Part shown: positions 52,055-61,991 of the stretch, one piece after another
How positions within the stretch are numbered: the stretch's first letter is position 1
How the letters are laid out: each line of letters opens with the position of its first letter
Assembly: GCA_963695345.1 (NCBI GenBank)
Contig: OY968769.1
Span: forward strand, 1,856,001 to 1,920,000
Length of the DNA stretch: 64,000 bases
Source of the DNA: an uncultured Methanomassiliicoccales archaeon
GTDB lineage: Archaea > Thermoplasmatota > Thermoplasmata > Methanomassiliicoccales > UBA472
Direction: 5' to 3'
Translations under genes and position numbers: made by a program
Notes under the pieces: model-generated
Told to the model about the DNA's origin: nothing
Databases searched by the model: none
Seen by the model: only the letters and a program-made list of their open reading frames with translations

Positions 52055-52468
52055 ATGGTTGAAAAAGCTAAGAGATTGGTCATCGTAGTGTCCGAGGACA
52101 AGTTCGACAAGGCGATGATGTCATTGATGATGGCGAACACCGCTGCGAGCATGGGCATGGAGGTGCACGTGTTCCATTCGTTCTTCGGGCTAAGCCTGCT
52201 GAAGAAGGGCAAGCTGCCAAAGCTGGGCGGCATGATGCGTCTGTTCACGGGAGTGTTCGTGGGAAGGATGAAGGCGGTCGGGATTGAGAATTACCCCGCC
52301 CAGCTGGCGATGGCGATGGATCTGGGTGTGAACATATACGCCTGCAGCACCACGATGGCCCTGATGAGGATAAAGAAGGAGGACATGGTCGACGGCGTGA
52401 AGATACTGGGCGCGGCCGGTTTCATGGACATTGCGGCGGATGGCGACATATCGCTGTTCATCGGTTAA
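52055..52468 (+). CDS. DsrE2/DrsE-like sulfurtransferase
   Basis: AASMGMEVHVFHSFFGL, IYACSTTM. Confidence 0.85.
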   Translation: MVEKAKRLVIVVSEDKFDKAMMSLMMANTAASMGMEVHVFHSFFGLSLLKKGKLPKLGGMMRLFTGVFVGRMKAVGIENYPAQLAMAMDLGVNIYACSTTMALMRIKKEDMVDGVKILGAAGFMDIAADGDISLFIG

Positions 52469-52479
52469 GGTGATAAAAC

Positions 52480-52785
52480 ATGACATCAATCCTATTCCTG
52501 CTGTTCAAATCGCCGCATGAATTCGGAGCATCGCTGGACATGATCGATAAGATCGCTGGCGACGGGGAGCGGGCGGCCATCCTGTTCGAGGACGCTGCCT
52601 ATTACGCGGTGGACAAGAAGAACGGGGCGAAGTTGCTCAGTTCCGTGAAGGAGGTCTTCGTCATGAGCGATGACCTACAGGCCAAGGGCTTCGGCGGAAA
52701 GGCGATGCCCGGATTCAAGGAGATCGAGTATCCAGAGGCTGTCGAGCTGATCATGGAACGGTTCGACAAGACCATCACTTTGTAG
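52480..52785 (+). CDS. DsrH/TusB family protein
   Basis: ILFEDAAY, DDLQAKG, IEYPEAVELI. Confidence 0.8.
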   Translation: MTSILFLLFKSPHEFGASLDMIDKIAGDGERAAILFEDAAYYAVDKKNGAKLLSSVKEVFVMSDDLQAKGFGGKAMPGFKEIEYPEAVELIMERFDKTITL

Positions 52786-52793
52786 GTGTGACG

Positions 52794-53150
52794 ATGAAAA
52801 TACTGACTATCCAGATCAGGACGGGGACCATGATGAACATGGACACGAACGTCGCGATGAAGTTAGCGGCCGCGGCCATGGGCAAGGGATATGGTGTCCG
52901 TATCTTCGGCTATGGCGAGGGCGTTTGGCTAATAAAGAACGGTCAGCTGCCGAAGCGTTTCCCCAACGTTGGGAACGAGGCATCGGCATTGGCCGAAAAG
53001 GGAATGGAGATCGCTGTTTGCAACACCTGCTGCGCCGCTCGCGGCCTGAACCGGGGCGAGGAGATCCCGGGGGGGAAGCAAGGCAGCCTGGCGAACGACC
53101 TGACCAGGTTCGTCGCGGAGAGCGACCGCATGGTCACCATTGCGAGGTGA
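52794..53150 (+). CDS. DsrE/TusD family protein
   Basis: IFGYGEGV, VCNTCCAARG. Confidence 0.82.
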   Translation: MKILTIQIRTGTMMNMDTNVAMKLAAAAMGKGYGVRIFGYGEGVWLIKNGQLPKRFPNVGNEASALAEKGMEIAVCNTCCAARGLNRGEEIPGGKQGSLANDLTRFVAESDRMVTIAR

Positions 53151-53155
53151 GCAAA

Positions 53156-53515
53156 ATGGCACAGAGCGTTTTGGTTATGATAATGAAGGCCCCATACGGC
53201 TATGAAGAAGGATTTGCCGGAGCCCGGCTGGCCCTGTCTCAGCTGGCGGGCGGGATGATCACGAAGTGCAATGTCCTCCTGGTCGGGGACGGCACGCTGA
53301 ACGCAATAGCCGGCCAGAAGCCAGAAGCGATAGGGATGCCCTCCAACGCAGACTCGCTTGTCGACCTGATGGACTTCGACGCCAAGGTCTACTGTGTGAA
53401 GGAGGACCTGCAGGAGCGCGTCGGGGACGTCGCCCTGCTGGAAAGCGTCACCGGTGTCGACTGGCAAGAGGCCCGGAAGATCATCGCAGACCACGACATG
53501 GTGACCTCGTTCTGA
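53156..53515 (+). CDS. DsrF/TusC family protein
   Basis: KAPYGYE, LVGDG, EDLQER. Confidence 0.8.
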   Translation: MAQSVLVMIMKAPYGYEEGFAGARLALSQLAGGMITKCNVLLVGDGTLNAIAGQKPEAIGMPSNADSLVDLMDFDAKVYCVKEDLQERVGDVALLESVTGVDWQEARKIIADHDMVTSF

Positions 53516-53584
53516 AACCCCTTTTCCGTTTTTCCTTTCCCTATCATAGCAAGCGTTTTTATCCGGGGGCCGCATCAGAGCGGC

Positions 53585-55345
53585 ATGCTCGAGGTACTGG
53601 GCCGTTCCGGTGTCGGACGAAATGCAAGGTGGACCGCGTCGTCGTTCAAGACGCTCACTCCCAATGTCATCTTCACCGGAAACCTGAAAGAGCCGCTGCC
53701 CAGAGGATATGACCTCTCCATCACCGACAAGGGAAAGGCCCACAGTCTGCACGCTTCCATCGGGCCGGACAACGGCGATATACTGGTCCCGCATGGTTTC
53801 TATCCCCCGCTTTCCCAGATGCGCGGCGGAAGAACCGATTTCGGCTGCACTGAAGGCACCGGCGTCACCGTCGTGAGAGGAGACCCGAACGCCATCGCCG
53901 AACAGGTCAAGGCATCTGGCACGGAGATTGTCGTCCTGGGCAACGCGTTCGAGTACCGGAGGGACGCGAGGCAGTTCGCCGCGGCCATGGTCGCCCTTCG
54001 GGGAGGGATCGGGCATAAGCGCCTGCTCTACGCGCCAGGGATCATGGAGGTGAGCAACATGGCCCTGCTGGCCTACATGGGAGTCGACCTGATGGACACG
54101 TCCCTTCTCCAATACCGTTCTTCCAGGATGGAGGTTAGCATGACGGAGGGGGCGATCTCCGCCAGGGACTCAAAATGGATCGGCGCCGCGGTTCCAGAGG
54201 AAGCTTTCGCCCTAAGCCTGGAAAATGCCGCTAAGGAGCTCCAGCTGGTCCGTCACATGATCGAGAAGCAGCGCCTCCGGGAGCTGGTCGAGATGCGCAT
54301 CCATGCCTCGCCTTGGCTGGTCTCGGCATTGCGGATATTCGATGAGAGCCACTATAATTTCCAGGAGAAGTACTTCCCGGTGATCGGCCCCCAGTTCTAC
54401 TGCAACGCCAAACAGTCCCTGAGCCGGCCGGACATTCTAAGGTACCGGAAACGCATCATGGAGCGGTACCAGCGCCCTGCCGACAAGAAGGTCCTGCTTC
54501 TGATCCCGTGCTCGGCAAAGAAGCCTTATTCTTCTTCGAAGAGCCACCAGGCCTTCAAGCGCGTCCTAACCTCCCTGAGCAACTTCGACGTGGTCCATGA
54601 GGTCATAATAACCTCTCCTCTGGGCGCCGTTCCGAGGGAGCTAGAACTGTTCTATCCGGCAGCCCAGTACGACATACCGGTCACTGGTCACTGGGATCGT
54701 GAGGAGGTGGCCATGGTGCAGGAGATGGTGAGGCGCATCGTCTCGTTCGGCTATGATCACGTGATCTGCCATCTGGGCGACGAAAGCGAGTTCGTCCTGC
54801 CGGTTCTCGAGGAGTATGTGGACACGACGAAGACATCAAGCTGCACGTCGAAGGACTCACTGGATAACCTATTCTCAGTGCTGCAGAAGTACTGCGCTGA
54901 GTATCCTAGGGTTCCGAGGGGAGTGGACCGGGCCAACTCGATGAGGTCTTCCGCGATCTTCCAGTTTGGCGATGTTGGGGCGACCCTTACGGAAGGATGC
55001 GATGTATCTGGTAGCTATCCCTATTCCCGTTTCTTGGCCGGCAGGACCCAGATGGGAATGTTGACCCCGGACCGCGGAATGATATCTCTGACCTTGGATG
55101 GGGCGGAAAGGATCGCCTCGTCGGGCAAGTTCCTAGTCAATATGAAGGATTTCGAGATGACCGGGAACCTATTCGCGGTAGGCGTGGAGGGTGCTGATCC
55201 AGACATAAGGATCGGTGACGAGGCCATCGTGATGAGGAAGGGAAAGGTGGAGGCGGTCGGCGTCGCCATGATGAACGGGGAGGAGATGGCCGACAGCGCG
55301 AAGGGAGAAGCGGTGCGGATCCGGCATAAGAGAAAATCCGCCTAG
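53585..55345 (+). CDS. arcS: Archaeosine synthase subunit alpha (ArcS/TgtA2)
   Basis: YMGVDLMD, PCSAKKPYSSSKSH, VPRELE, YDIPVTGHW, C-terminal PUA domain. Confidence 0.92.
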   Translation: MLEVLGRSGVGRNARWTASSFKTLTPNVIFTGNLKEPLPRGYDLSITDKGKAHSLHASIGPDNGDILVPHGFYPPLSQMRGGRTDFGCTEGTGVTVVRGDPNAIAEQVKASGTEIVVLGNAFEYRRDARQFAAAMVALRGGIGHKRLLYAPGIMEVSNMALLAYMGVDLMDTSLLQYRSSRMEVSMTEGAISARDSKWIGAAVPEEAFALSLENAAKELQLVRHMIEKQRLRELVEMRIHASPWLVSALRIFDESHYNFQEKYFPVIGPQFYCNAKQSLSRPDILRYRKRIMERYQRPADKKVLLLIPCSAKKPYSSSKSHQAFKRVLTSLSNFDVVHEVIITSPLGAVPRELELFYPAAQYDIPVTGHWDREEVAMVQEMVRRIVSFGYDHVICHLGDESEFVLPVLEEYVDTTKTSSCTSKDSLDNLFSVLQKYCAEYPRVPRGVDRANSMRSSAIFQFGDVGATLTEGCDVSGSYPYSRFLAGRTQMGMLTPDRGMISLTLDGAERIASSGKFLVNMKDFEMTGNLFAVGVEGADPDIRIGDEAIVMRKGKVEAVGVAMMNGEEMADSAKGEAVRIRHKRKSA

Positions 55346-55451
55346 GCCACTTTCGGCCATCTTTTCTCGTATCCAGTATGATTTTTAATGGACACTACTT
55401 TCACCCATCTCCGGCACTTCGGTATTTAAGTATCGGAAACCTACAGTGTTT

Positions 55452-55595
55452 CAAGAAGGCGTGCGCGGAAAGCGCACGGGGTCCGAAGCTCTATAACCAA
55501 TCCAGGGGAGGATGCATCGGCCCATCCCTAACTCTGAACAACCATCCCAAGGCGGGAGTTCTGCCCCGTTCTCCCGCCTTACCCCTCATTTCTTA
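55452..55595 (+). ncRNA. Candidate structured small RNA
   Basis: TATA-like tatttaag at 55423-55430 followed by three stem-loops, between convergent genes. Confidence 0.35.
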
Positions 55596-55615
55596 CACCT
55601 TTGATTTCTGGTACA

Positions 55616-56647
55616 TCAATATTGTTGGACATGCTGCCAACCTCCATTCCAGATGCCATTGAACCCGAACGTGCAATTTCCGACCGGGGTGACCAACAAA
55701 GCCTCAAAGAACACGGTCTGGAAGACGACGCCATCTCCAGCTCCTTCTCCATAATCCGGTATCTTTACCTCAAAGACGATAGTTCGAAGGGTATTATTCC
55801 CTGGGGTTAGCACCAGAGTTTCATTGTGATAGTTGTCCACCTTAGGATTTGTCATATTGATGAAATCATGGGCAGGGAACTCCGCGTAGCGGAAATCAGA
55901 GAAGAGCTCACAAACTTGATCCCCGATCATCCCTGGAGGCATACCCAATTGGAGCCTCACCGTGACATTGTTGTCAGGGTTGTTGGTTATGTTGATCTTT
56001 GCTTCCATGCTGCTGTAGTAGAAGATCGCTTCGCGGTCCAGGTCGAACTGAATCTTACGATCTGAGGCTCCAGAGAACTTAGGAAGGATTACATAATAGC
56101 CACTGGTCGCCATGGTGATCGACACGTCCGCATTCAACGTGTTGGGCACTGACGTGATTCCATTCCAGCTCATGTTCTTCGGAGATTCTCGGTCATTGAA
56201 ATAACCATAGTTGACCGTGGCCACTGGGATATCGGTACCAATCCTTCTGAAGAACAAGTTCTCATTAGAAAGATCCGCCATCGCCATGTCTGGATCGATG
56301 TCGTCGGGGATCTTGATGATGTCTATTTCTCCCTGACAATTGAAATGATACAGAGGCGAGCCATTCGGTTCGGTCACGTTAAACTCCACTCCTGGAGTTT
56401 TATCGATCAGCTTGAAAGTGACATTCTCACCCGCGTCATAGGAATGTTTGTCCACATGGACCGAGATATGCGCGGTCCGGCCGTCATGACCAAAGCCGTT
56501 GACGAACAATGCGGCCTCGAATCCTATGATCAGGATTCCCACCAAAATCAATGCAACAATCAATCTGACAGTATTCATTCTATTCTTCCCCGAGTCTTTA
56601 CCCATCTTCCCCAAGGATACCATGGGTGCGGGGGATGATAAATCCAT
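55616..56647 (-). CDS. Hypothetical membrane-anchored exported protein
   Basis: Long ORF, N-terminal TM, beta-rich with many N-x-S/T sequons. Confidence 0.7.
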   Translation of the reverse strand: MDLSSPAPMVSLGKMGKDSGKNRMNTVRLIVALILVGILIIGFEAALFVNGFGHDGRTAHISVHVDKHSYDAGENVTFKLIDKTPGVEFNVTEPNGSPLYHFNCQGEIDIIKIPDDIDPDMAMADLSNENLFFRRIGTDIPVATVNYGYFNDRESPKNMSWNGITSVPNTLNADVSITMATSGYYVILPKFSGASDRKIQFDLDREAIFYYSSMEAKINITNNPDNNVTVRLQLGMPPGMIGDQVCELFSDFRYAEFPAHDFINMTNPKVDNYHNETLVLTPGNNTLRTIVFEVKIPDYGEGAGDGVVFQTVFFEALLVTPVGNCTFGFNGIWNGGWQHVQQY

Positions 56648-56686
56648 CTCACTCCGAATTGTTCGTTCACTGTTCGACCAGGCCGG

Positions 56687-59305
56687 TCAAGTGGACGAAT
56701 CGATCTCGTGTTTTGTTTGGCCGCCAGTCCGTTCTTCAGGGCTAGGCCTATAATCTATGGCCATGGTCTGTTTGATGGTCATGGCCAGCTCTTCCAGCGT
56801 GTAGGGTTTTGGCAGTACTCCAACAAAGCCGAACTTAGCGTAGTCGGCCATCACCGGATCATTCGAGTAACCCGAGGAAACGATGGCCCGGACACCCTTG
56901 TCCATTTCTAGCAGGCCAGCAATGGCCTCCTTACCTCCCATTCCCCTGATGTTGGTAAGGTCGACAAGAACGATATCATATCTACGCCCTGCCTCCATGG
57001 CCATTTTGTATTCCTTCATGGCTTCCACGCCATCCCTGGCCACACCTACCTCATACCCCAGGGCAGCCAGGAGTTCGGTGATGACGTCCAGTACGTACTC
57101 CTCATCGTCCATGACCAGGATCCGGCCTTGACCTTCCGAGATCACCGCCACCTCCACAGCGTTCACAACCGGTTGTTCGTCGGTCACTGGCAGGCATATC
57201 TTGAATGTCGTTCCCTTCCCTTCCTTGGATTCGACCTGGATGCTACCATTATGCCGGGTCACTGTCGCATATACTACGGATAGTCCAAGACCGTAGCCCT
57301 TTACCTTGGTGGTGAAATAGGGTTCGAAGATTTTTGGAAGAACCTCCTTGGGGATGCCTTTCCCTTCATCCCTGATGACGATCTCCAGGTATCGGCCAGG
57401 CTCCAACGTTGGGTTGGCGTTTATGTCGGCAATGATATTGGAGACGGTGACATCTACCATGCCCCCCTGTGGCATCGCGTCCTTGGCGTTGAGGAAGAGG
57501 TTCGTGAACACCCGGCCCATCTGGCCTGGGTCCACATACGCTATCCATAGTCCCTGGGGCATATGAAGGCGGCAGCTCACGTTGCTGTTCAGGAAGGGAT
57601 GATTGGAGGCCACCTGCAGAAGTTCTGAGATCGAGGTTGGTTTCCTGATAGGTGAACCTCCCTTGGCCAAGGACAGGAGCTCTTGGGCGATCTCCTTGGC
57701 CTGCATGATCGCCATCTCCGCCTCCTGCAGTCCTTTGTATGTCTCCGTTCCTTGCTCGGTCCTTTGTTTGGTCAATGACACATACCCGAGAACGCTGGTC
57801 AACAGATTGTTGAAATCATGGGCAATACCGCCTGCGAGCGTCCCGGTGGCTTCGAGCTTCTCTATCCTTTCCCGATCGGCCTCCGCATGGCGTCTCTCGG
57901 TGACGTCCCATCCCATAACGCAGATGGCCTTCCTTCCTCCGTACATGATAGGGCTGGCCGAAATTTCCAGGGTAATCTCTTTTCCTTCCATGCCAGTGGC
58001 ATTCGTTTCCAATAACACTCGTTCCCCCTTTCGGACCGTGTCCACGACCCTTTGGATGATGGAACCGTCGATGCCCTGGATCGAGCTCATCTTCAATCCA
58101 GCCACCTTGTCCTCGTCATATCCGAAGAAGCGGCAGAAGGATTTGTTGGCTTGAAGCACCGACCCATCAGCCATGTCGACCACAAATAACGACCCGAGGA
58201 ATTGATCAAAAATGGCACGATAACGCTCCTCGCTCTCCTTCAGGGCATCCTGGGCGATCTTCTTAACGCTGATGTCGCGGAGGATTATGACCCTGCCGAG
58301 AGGTTGTCCTCCGCTGTCCTCCATCCCATCCACTTGGCAATCGAAGTACCTGGTACCGGATATCGTGTCCAATACAACCACTTGGTTCTCCGACCTGATT
58401 CCATCCAGCACCTCCAGGATTGCTGGATGCCCCCTGAAAGCGGTGGCCGCATCTTGCCCGATGGAACGTGTGGAAAGACCGGTCAGGGTAAGCGCCTTGG
58501 GATTGAGGTCCACAAGTTTCCCGTTCTGGTCCAGGACCAGAATCGGATCGGAGGAGATATCCATGATCACTCCTCTAGCCACCGGCATTAGGGTGAGTAT
58601 CTGATAGCGGAACAGGGCAAATGCCAAGGCGAGACCGGTCGAAACGAATAATATCGGAGTGAAATCGAATCCGCCAGATTGTCCACTGACAACGATCGCG
58701 TTCCCAGCAAATGGTATCGCAAAGCCCACCAGGACGATGAAGTCCCTCCATCGATACACTCCGGCATTGTGGGCGATATGCCAGATCAGCAAAGCCAAGG
58801 TCGAAAGGATGATCACATACGAGTACGCGGTGTGTACCATGAATGCAGGTCCATATTCGAGGGCCAGGGATGAGAATCCTTCCGTATCGATCAGTCTGGA
58901 CCCGGTTATGAACCATGACGTCAAGCTGTTTGTCGCATCAATGAGGATCATTATCGATGGGATTGCGAACAGACCGGCTATCTTCCATCTGGAAAATGCT
59001 CGTTGCACGTTCAGGAGATAGACGATGGTCAGGAGGGTGACCACCGGGACTAACGCAACTATTCCTAAGACCACTTGGAATGCAAGGAGTTTGGCGGCAG
59101 GATCGTCCATGAGGCCCATCAAGGCAAAGAACAGGCACCAGAACGCGAACAGGTATACCATGACCTCGAACGGAAGCTGGGCTGGGACCGCCTTGTGGCT
59201 ACGTGAATAGACACCAACGGCGATCATGATTATCCCGGAGACCACCAAAGAAAGAAGGATCAGGCTAATCATGAATTCCAGAATCCATTTTCGATTTGAC
59301 AGCAC
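56687..59305 (-). CDS. Hybrid histidine kinase: HisKA_7TM, 2 PAS, HisKA, HATPase, receiver
   Basis: Seven N-terminal TMs, GGIAHDFNN, PYFTTK, ILVMDDE, SSGYS, KPY. Confidence 0.92.
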   Translation of the reverse strand: MLSNRKWILEFMISLILLSLVVSGIIMIAVGVYSRSHKAVPAQLPFEVMVYLFAFWCLFFALMGLMDDPAAKLLAFQVVLGIVALVPVVTLLTIVYLLNVQRAFSRWKIAGLFAIPSIMILIDATNSLTSWFITGSRLIDTEGFSSLALEYGPAFMVHTAYSYVIILSTLALLIWHIAHNAGVYRWRDFIVLVGFAIPFAGNAIVVSGQSGGFDFTPILFVSTGLALAFALFRYQILTLMPVARGVIMDISSDPILVLDQNGKLVDLNPKALTLTGLSTRSIGQDAATAFRGHPAILEVLDGIRSENQVVVLDTISGTRYFDCQVDGMEDSGGQPLGRVIILRDISVKKIAQDALKESEERYRAIFDQFLGSLFVVDMADGSVLQANKSFCRFFGYDEDKVAGLKMSSIQGIDGSIIQRVVDTVRKGERVLLETNATGMEGKEITLEISASPIMYGGRKAICVMGWDVTERRHAEADRERIEKLEATGTLAGGIAHDFNNLLTSVLGYVSLTKQRTEQGTETYKGLQEAEMAIMQAKEIAQELLSLAKGGSPIRKPTSISELLQVASNHPFLNSNVSCRLHMPQGLWIAYVDPGQMGRVFTNLFLNAKDAMPQGGMVDVTVSNIIADINANPTLEPGRYLEIVIRDEGKGIPKEVLPKIFEPYFTTKVKGYGLGLSVVYATVTRHNGSIQVESKEGKGTTFKICLPVTDEQPVVNAVEVAVISEGQGRILVMDDEEYVLDVITELLAALGYEVGVARDGVEAMKEYKMAMEAGRRYDIVLVDLTNIRGMGGKEAIAGLLEMDKGVRAIVSSGYSNDPVMADYAKFGFVGVLPKPYTLEELAMTIKQTMAIDYRPSPEERTGGQTKHEIDSST

Positions 59306-59425
59306 TATGAAAATGAACTTGTTAAGTAGGTTTCACCATGATTCCTATTATTGATTGCAGAAATTGGACCACGATCCGCCTAACGGCTAACAAGTTATAA
59401 TGCCTGGACGATATCCGATGAGACC

Positions 59426-59680
59426 ATGCAGTACCAGATCAAGATGTCAGGGGATCCCGAAGAAAAAGTGAGGCAGGCCAAGAAGATCGCCGCTGAACAG
59501 GGAGTATTTTTTGTGGGGGATGGGGCCAAAGGAAAGTTCTCGGGAAGAATCATGGGAGGGAGGCTGATCGGGTCCTACAAGGTTGAAAAAGGCATCCTCC
59601 TGGTCACCATTGAGGAAAAGCCGCTTTTGACCTCCTGGTCGATGATCGAGAGTCAGCTCAAGGAGTTCTTGAAATCCTAG
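59426..59680 (+). CDS. Small hypothetical protein
   Basis: 84-aa ORF with TATA-like ttataa upstream. Confidence 0.7.
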   Translation: MQYQIKMSGDPEEKVRQAKKIAAEQGVFFVGDGAKGKFSGRIMGGRLIGSYKVEKGILLVTIEEKPLLTSWSMIESQLKEFLKS

Positions 59681-60083
59681 AGCACCCGTCGGGTTCGATA
59701 GAGCAGATACATATCTATCTCCAACGACCTTGATCCGGAAATGCCGTAAATAATCCCTCGCATGGCCGTAATTATTTTCGCCATCTCAGTGGCCACTACT
59801 GTGTTCGCCCTGATGATCAACCTGCACATCGATCAAGCTCTGAAAGGCCGTCCTGCAACGGAAGCGTACAATACAGTACCGCATAACACAGTTATCCTAG
59901 CTTACCTATCAGTCATGCCACAGTATACGACGCAGATACTGAAACGCGTTCGCGGAAAGCGTGGATTTCGTCTTCCTGATCAGAGGGGCCATACTATTGC
60001 TGATGGCCTCGGTGACCCTGTTCCTCAAATGCCCGATCGCGAAAACCGAGGAACCGCAGGTCCAGACGGCAAAGGAGCCCAAG

Positions 60084-60515
60084 ATGTATAACCGGATATT
60101 GATCCCAACGGATGGTAGCGAGCATTCAAAAGAGGCAACCGACCATGGATTGGCCCTGGCAAAGATGACTGGAGCGGAGGTTACCGCCCTGTTCGTCGTC
60201 GATGAGGGCTCCATCATCGCCCGGAACGTGCCAAACGCCCCCAATCTGGCTCAGACCCTGGAGGATGAGGGCAGCAGGGCTGTGGCCTATATCAAGAACG
60301 AGGGCGAGAAGAGGAGGGTCAAAGTGAAGACCAGGATCGAACACGGCTCGGCAGCCCAGGTGATCATAAAAGATACCAGGGACTTTGACCTCGTCGTCAT
60401 GGGAACCCACGGTCGTTCAGGGGTCTCAAAAATAGTAATGGGAAGCGTGGCTGAGAAGGTCATTAGGATGTCCGAATGCCCCGTGCTCGTCGTAAGGCAG
60501 AACGCATTGCGTTGA
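60084..60515 (+). CDS. Universal stress protein (UspA family)
   Basis: RILIPTDGS, DLVVMGTHGRSG, GSVAEKV, CPVLVV. Confidence 0.92.
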   Translation: MYNRILIPTDGSEHSKEATDHGLALAKMTGAEVTALFVVDEGSIIARNVPNAPNLAQTLEDEGSRAVAYIKNEGEKRRVKVKTRIEHGSAAQVIIKDTRDFDLVVMGTHGRSGVSKIVMGSVAEKVIRMSECPVLVVRQNALR

Positions 60516-60768
60516 AGATTAGAAGTGGAATAAGCTCTTTCTGCTCGAACTGGACATCAGGAGCGGAAGCTGAGCCTTTCGCTCATTACCACAACAATTC
60601 GCATCTTATGGTTAGCCAAGTTAATCGCTCTCTGTGAGAAACCATTAGGATCGAACAGAAAGAGAGGACCGAAAGGGAGAAAGTGGGAATATGGCCACTA
60701 GTTTTCTTGATTTCAGAGCATCGGTTTGAGGACCGACAAAAAAATGGATAGCTGGATATGCAAAAAAG

Positions 60769-60864
60769 TGCAGGTGTCGGGATTCGAACCCGAGTGTTTA
60801 GCTAGCCTCGTCCCCATTTCTGGGGCATGGAAGGCTAAAATCCTAACCGCTAGATTACACCTGC
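60769..60864 (-). tRNA. tRNA-Gly(UCC) with 24-nt intron (60804-60827) at 37/38
   Basis: Reverse complement GCAGGTG...TTAGC-CT-TCC-A[intron]A-GCTAA...TCGGG-TTCGAAT-CCCGA-CACCTGC-A. Confidence 0.9.
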
Positions 60865-60965
60865 GAGTTGGGCGACCTAATGGTTCATTGATATAAAAAA
60901 CTTCTATCGCCGGTCCAATAGCCAGCCCATTGTGTCATCCTCGATCGCCGGCCATATGCAGCCTA

Positions 60966-61400
60966 TCAAGCCGGTCTTGCGGTAGGTTTGCGGTTCTTTT
61001 GCATCAAGACCACTAGGACAGTAATGAGCCCAATGGCCATAAGCCATTGGAACTCGACCGCCAGAAGGTTCGGTTCTGCCATCATCATGACGACCGCAAT
61101 CATGATCACCGCGATGATCAAGGTCAATGGCCCGATGTTCGCGATTCCCTCATTCTTCCTGATCGATCCGGTCTTTGCCCACCGCATGACCTTATTACCC
61201 AGCCAAATGGAGATGGTGCCGATGGTGACACATAACAGCAATGTCCCTACCGCTGAACCATCCATTCTTACGGTAAATCCAGCTAAAGCTGCCATGATCC
61301 CGAAGATGAGGCTGATCGCTCCGACCATCAGCATGATCCAACCGATGAGCTCGATGTCGACAGGGTCCTCTATGACCGAGCTCAACCTAGATTTCGCCAT
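60966..61400 (-). CDS. Hypothetical 4-TM membrane protein
   Basis: Four hydrophobic segments. Confidence 0.75.
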   Translation of the reverse strand: MAKSRLSSVIEDPVDIELIGWIMLMVGAISLIFGIMAALAGFTVRMDGSAVGTLLLCVTIGTISIWLGNKVMRWAKTGSIRKNEGIANIGPLTLIIAVIMIAVVMMMAEPNLLAVEFQWLMAIGLITVLVVLMQKNRKPTARPA

Positions 61401-61550
61401 AAGCGTTGATAATATTGTCGTAGGTGCTTAATGAACTAATCCATTTTTCAGAATAAGCAATAAGAAGTTTTTGGGGTGGGGGACGAAGGTCCCATCCTCC
61501 GTCGTCCTCCGAGTCGTTATCAGAACAGGCATTGTTGTCAGATCAACGCC

Positions 61551-61727
61551 CTAATTGTCACCTATGACACGTAGGTCGTTGATGAGGCACCAAAGCTCTT
61601 TGAGATCGATCCCTTTCGAGTCCATGCCTTCCGCGATGTGCGCAAGGTCATTGATGGTGTGGGTTTGCATCCACTCCAGTACGTCAAGGCCGATTCCATA
61701 TTGTGCTGATATCTCCTCAAGCCCCAT
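61551..61727 (-). CDS. Small acidic hypothetical protein (58 aa, absent from ORF track)
   Basis: MGLEEISAQYGIGLDVLEWMQTHTINDLAHIAEGMDSKGIDLKELWCLINDLRVIGDN*; hairpin downstream at ~61479-61510. Confidence 0.5.
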   Translation of the reverse strand: MGLEEISAQYGIGLDVLEWMQTHTINDLAHIAEGMDSKGIDLKELWCLINDLRVIGDN

Positions 61728-61991
61728 TGCATCCCATTCCTTGAGTTTTGTCCGACTTTATGTCTGACAAGAACTGATACAGGATATTCTGTATATAATT
61801 GTTTTTCCCTGATATCTTATTTTGAATACCAGTACAATATTCAACATGGAATTGAACTTTTTAATGAGGTCATTCCTCATGATTTTTCTCGTCCGACATT
61901 CCATCAAATTTAGCTGACATTATAAATTCATAAGAATCCAGTGAAAAGGTTTTAGTGCAATCACGCTGATTATCGACCCAACGGTGATGGG

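Noticed and set aside
52943-54112. Long antisense ORFs (this one, 31660-32709, 19103-19819 and others)
   Set aside because: Shadows of well-supported opposite-strand genes in GC3-rich DNA; no motifs.
55435-55510. ggaaacct...ctctataacc superficially like tRNA-Pyl
   Set aside because: No acceptor/T-arm pairing and no proper CUA anticodon arm.
59762-60091. 109-aa ORF upstream of the USP gene
   Set aside because: No recognisable motif, and it overlaps an alternative extension of the USP ORF; cannot support.
60735-60768. Short KKWIAGYA-like stretch next to tRNA-Gly as a possible integrase C-terminal scar
   Set aside because: Too short, with no catalytic motifs upstream.
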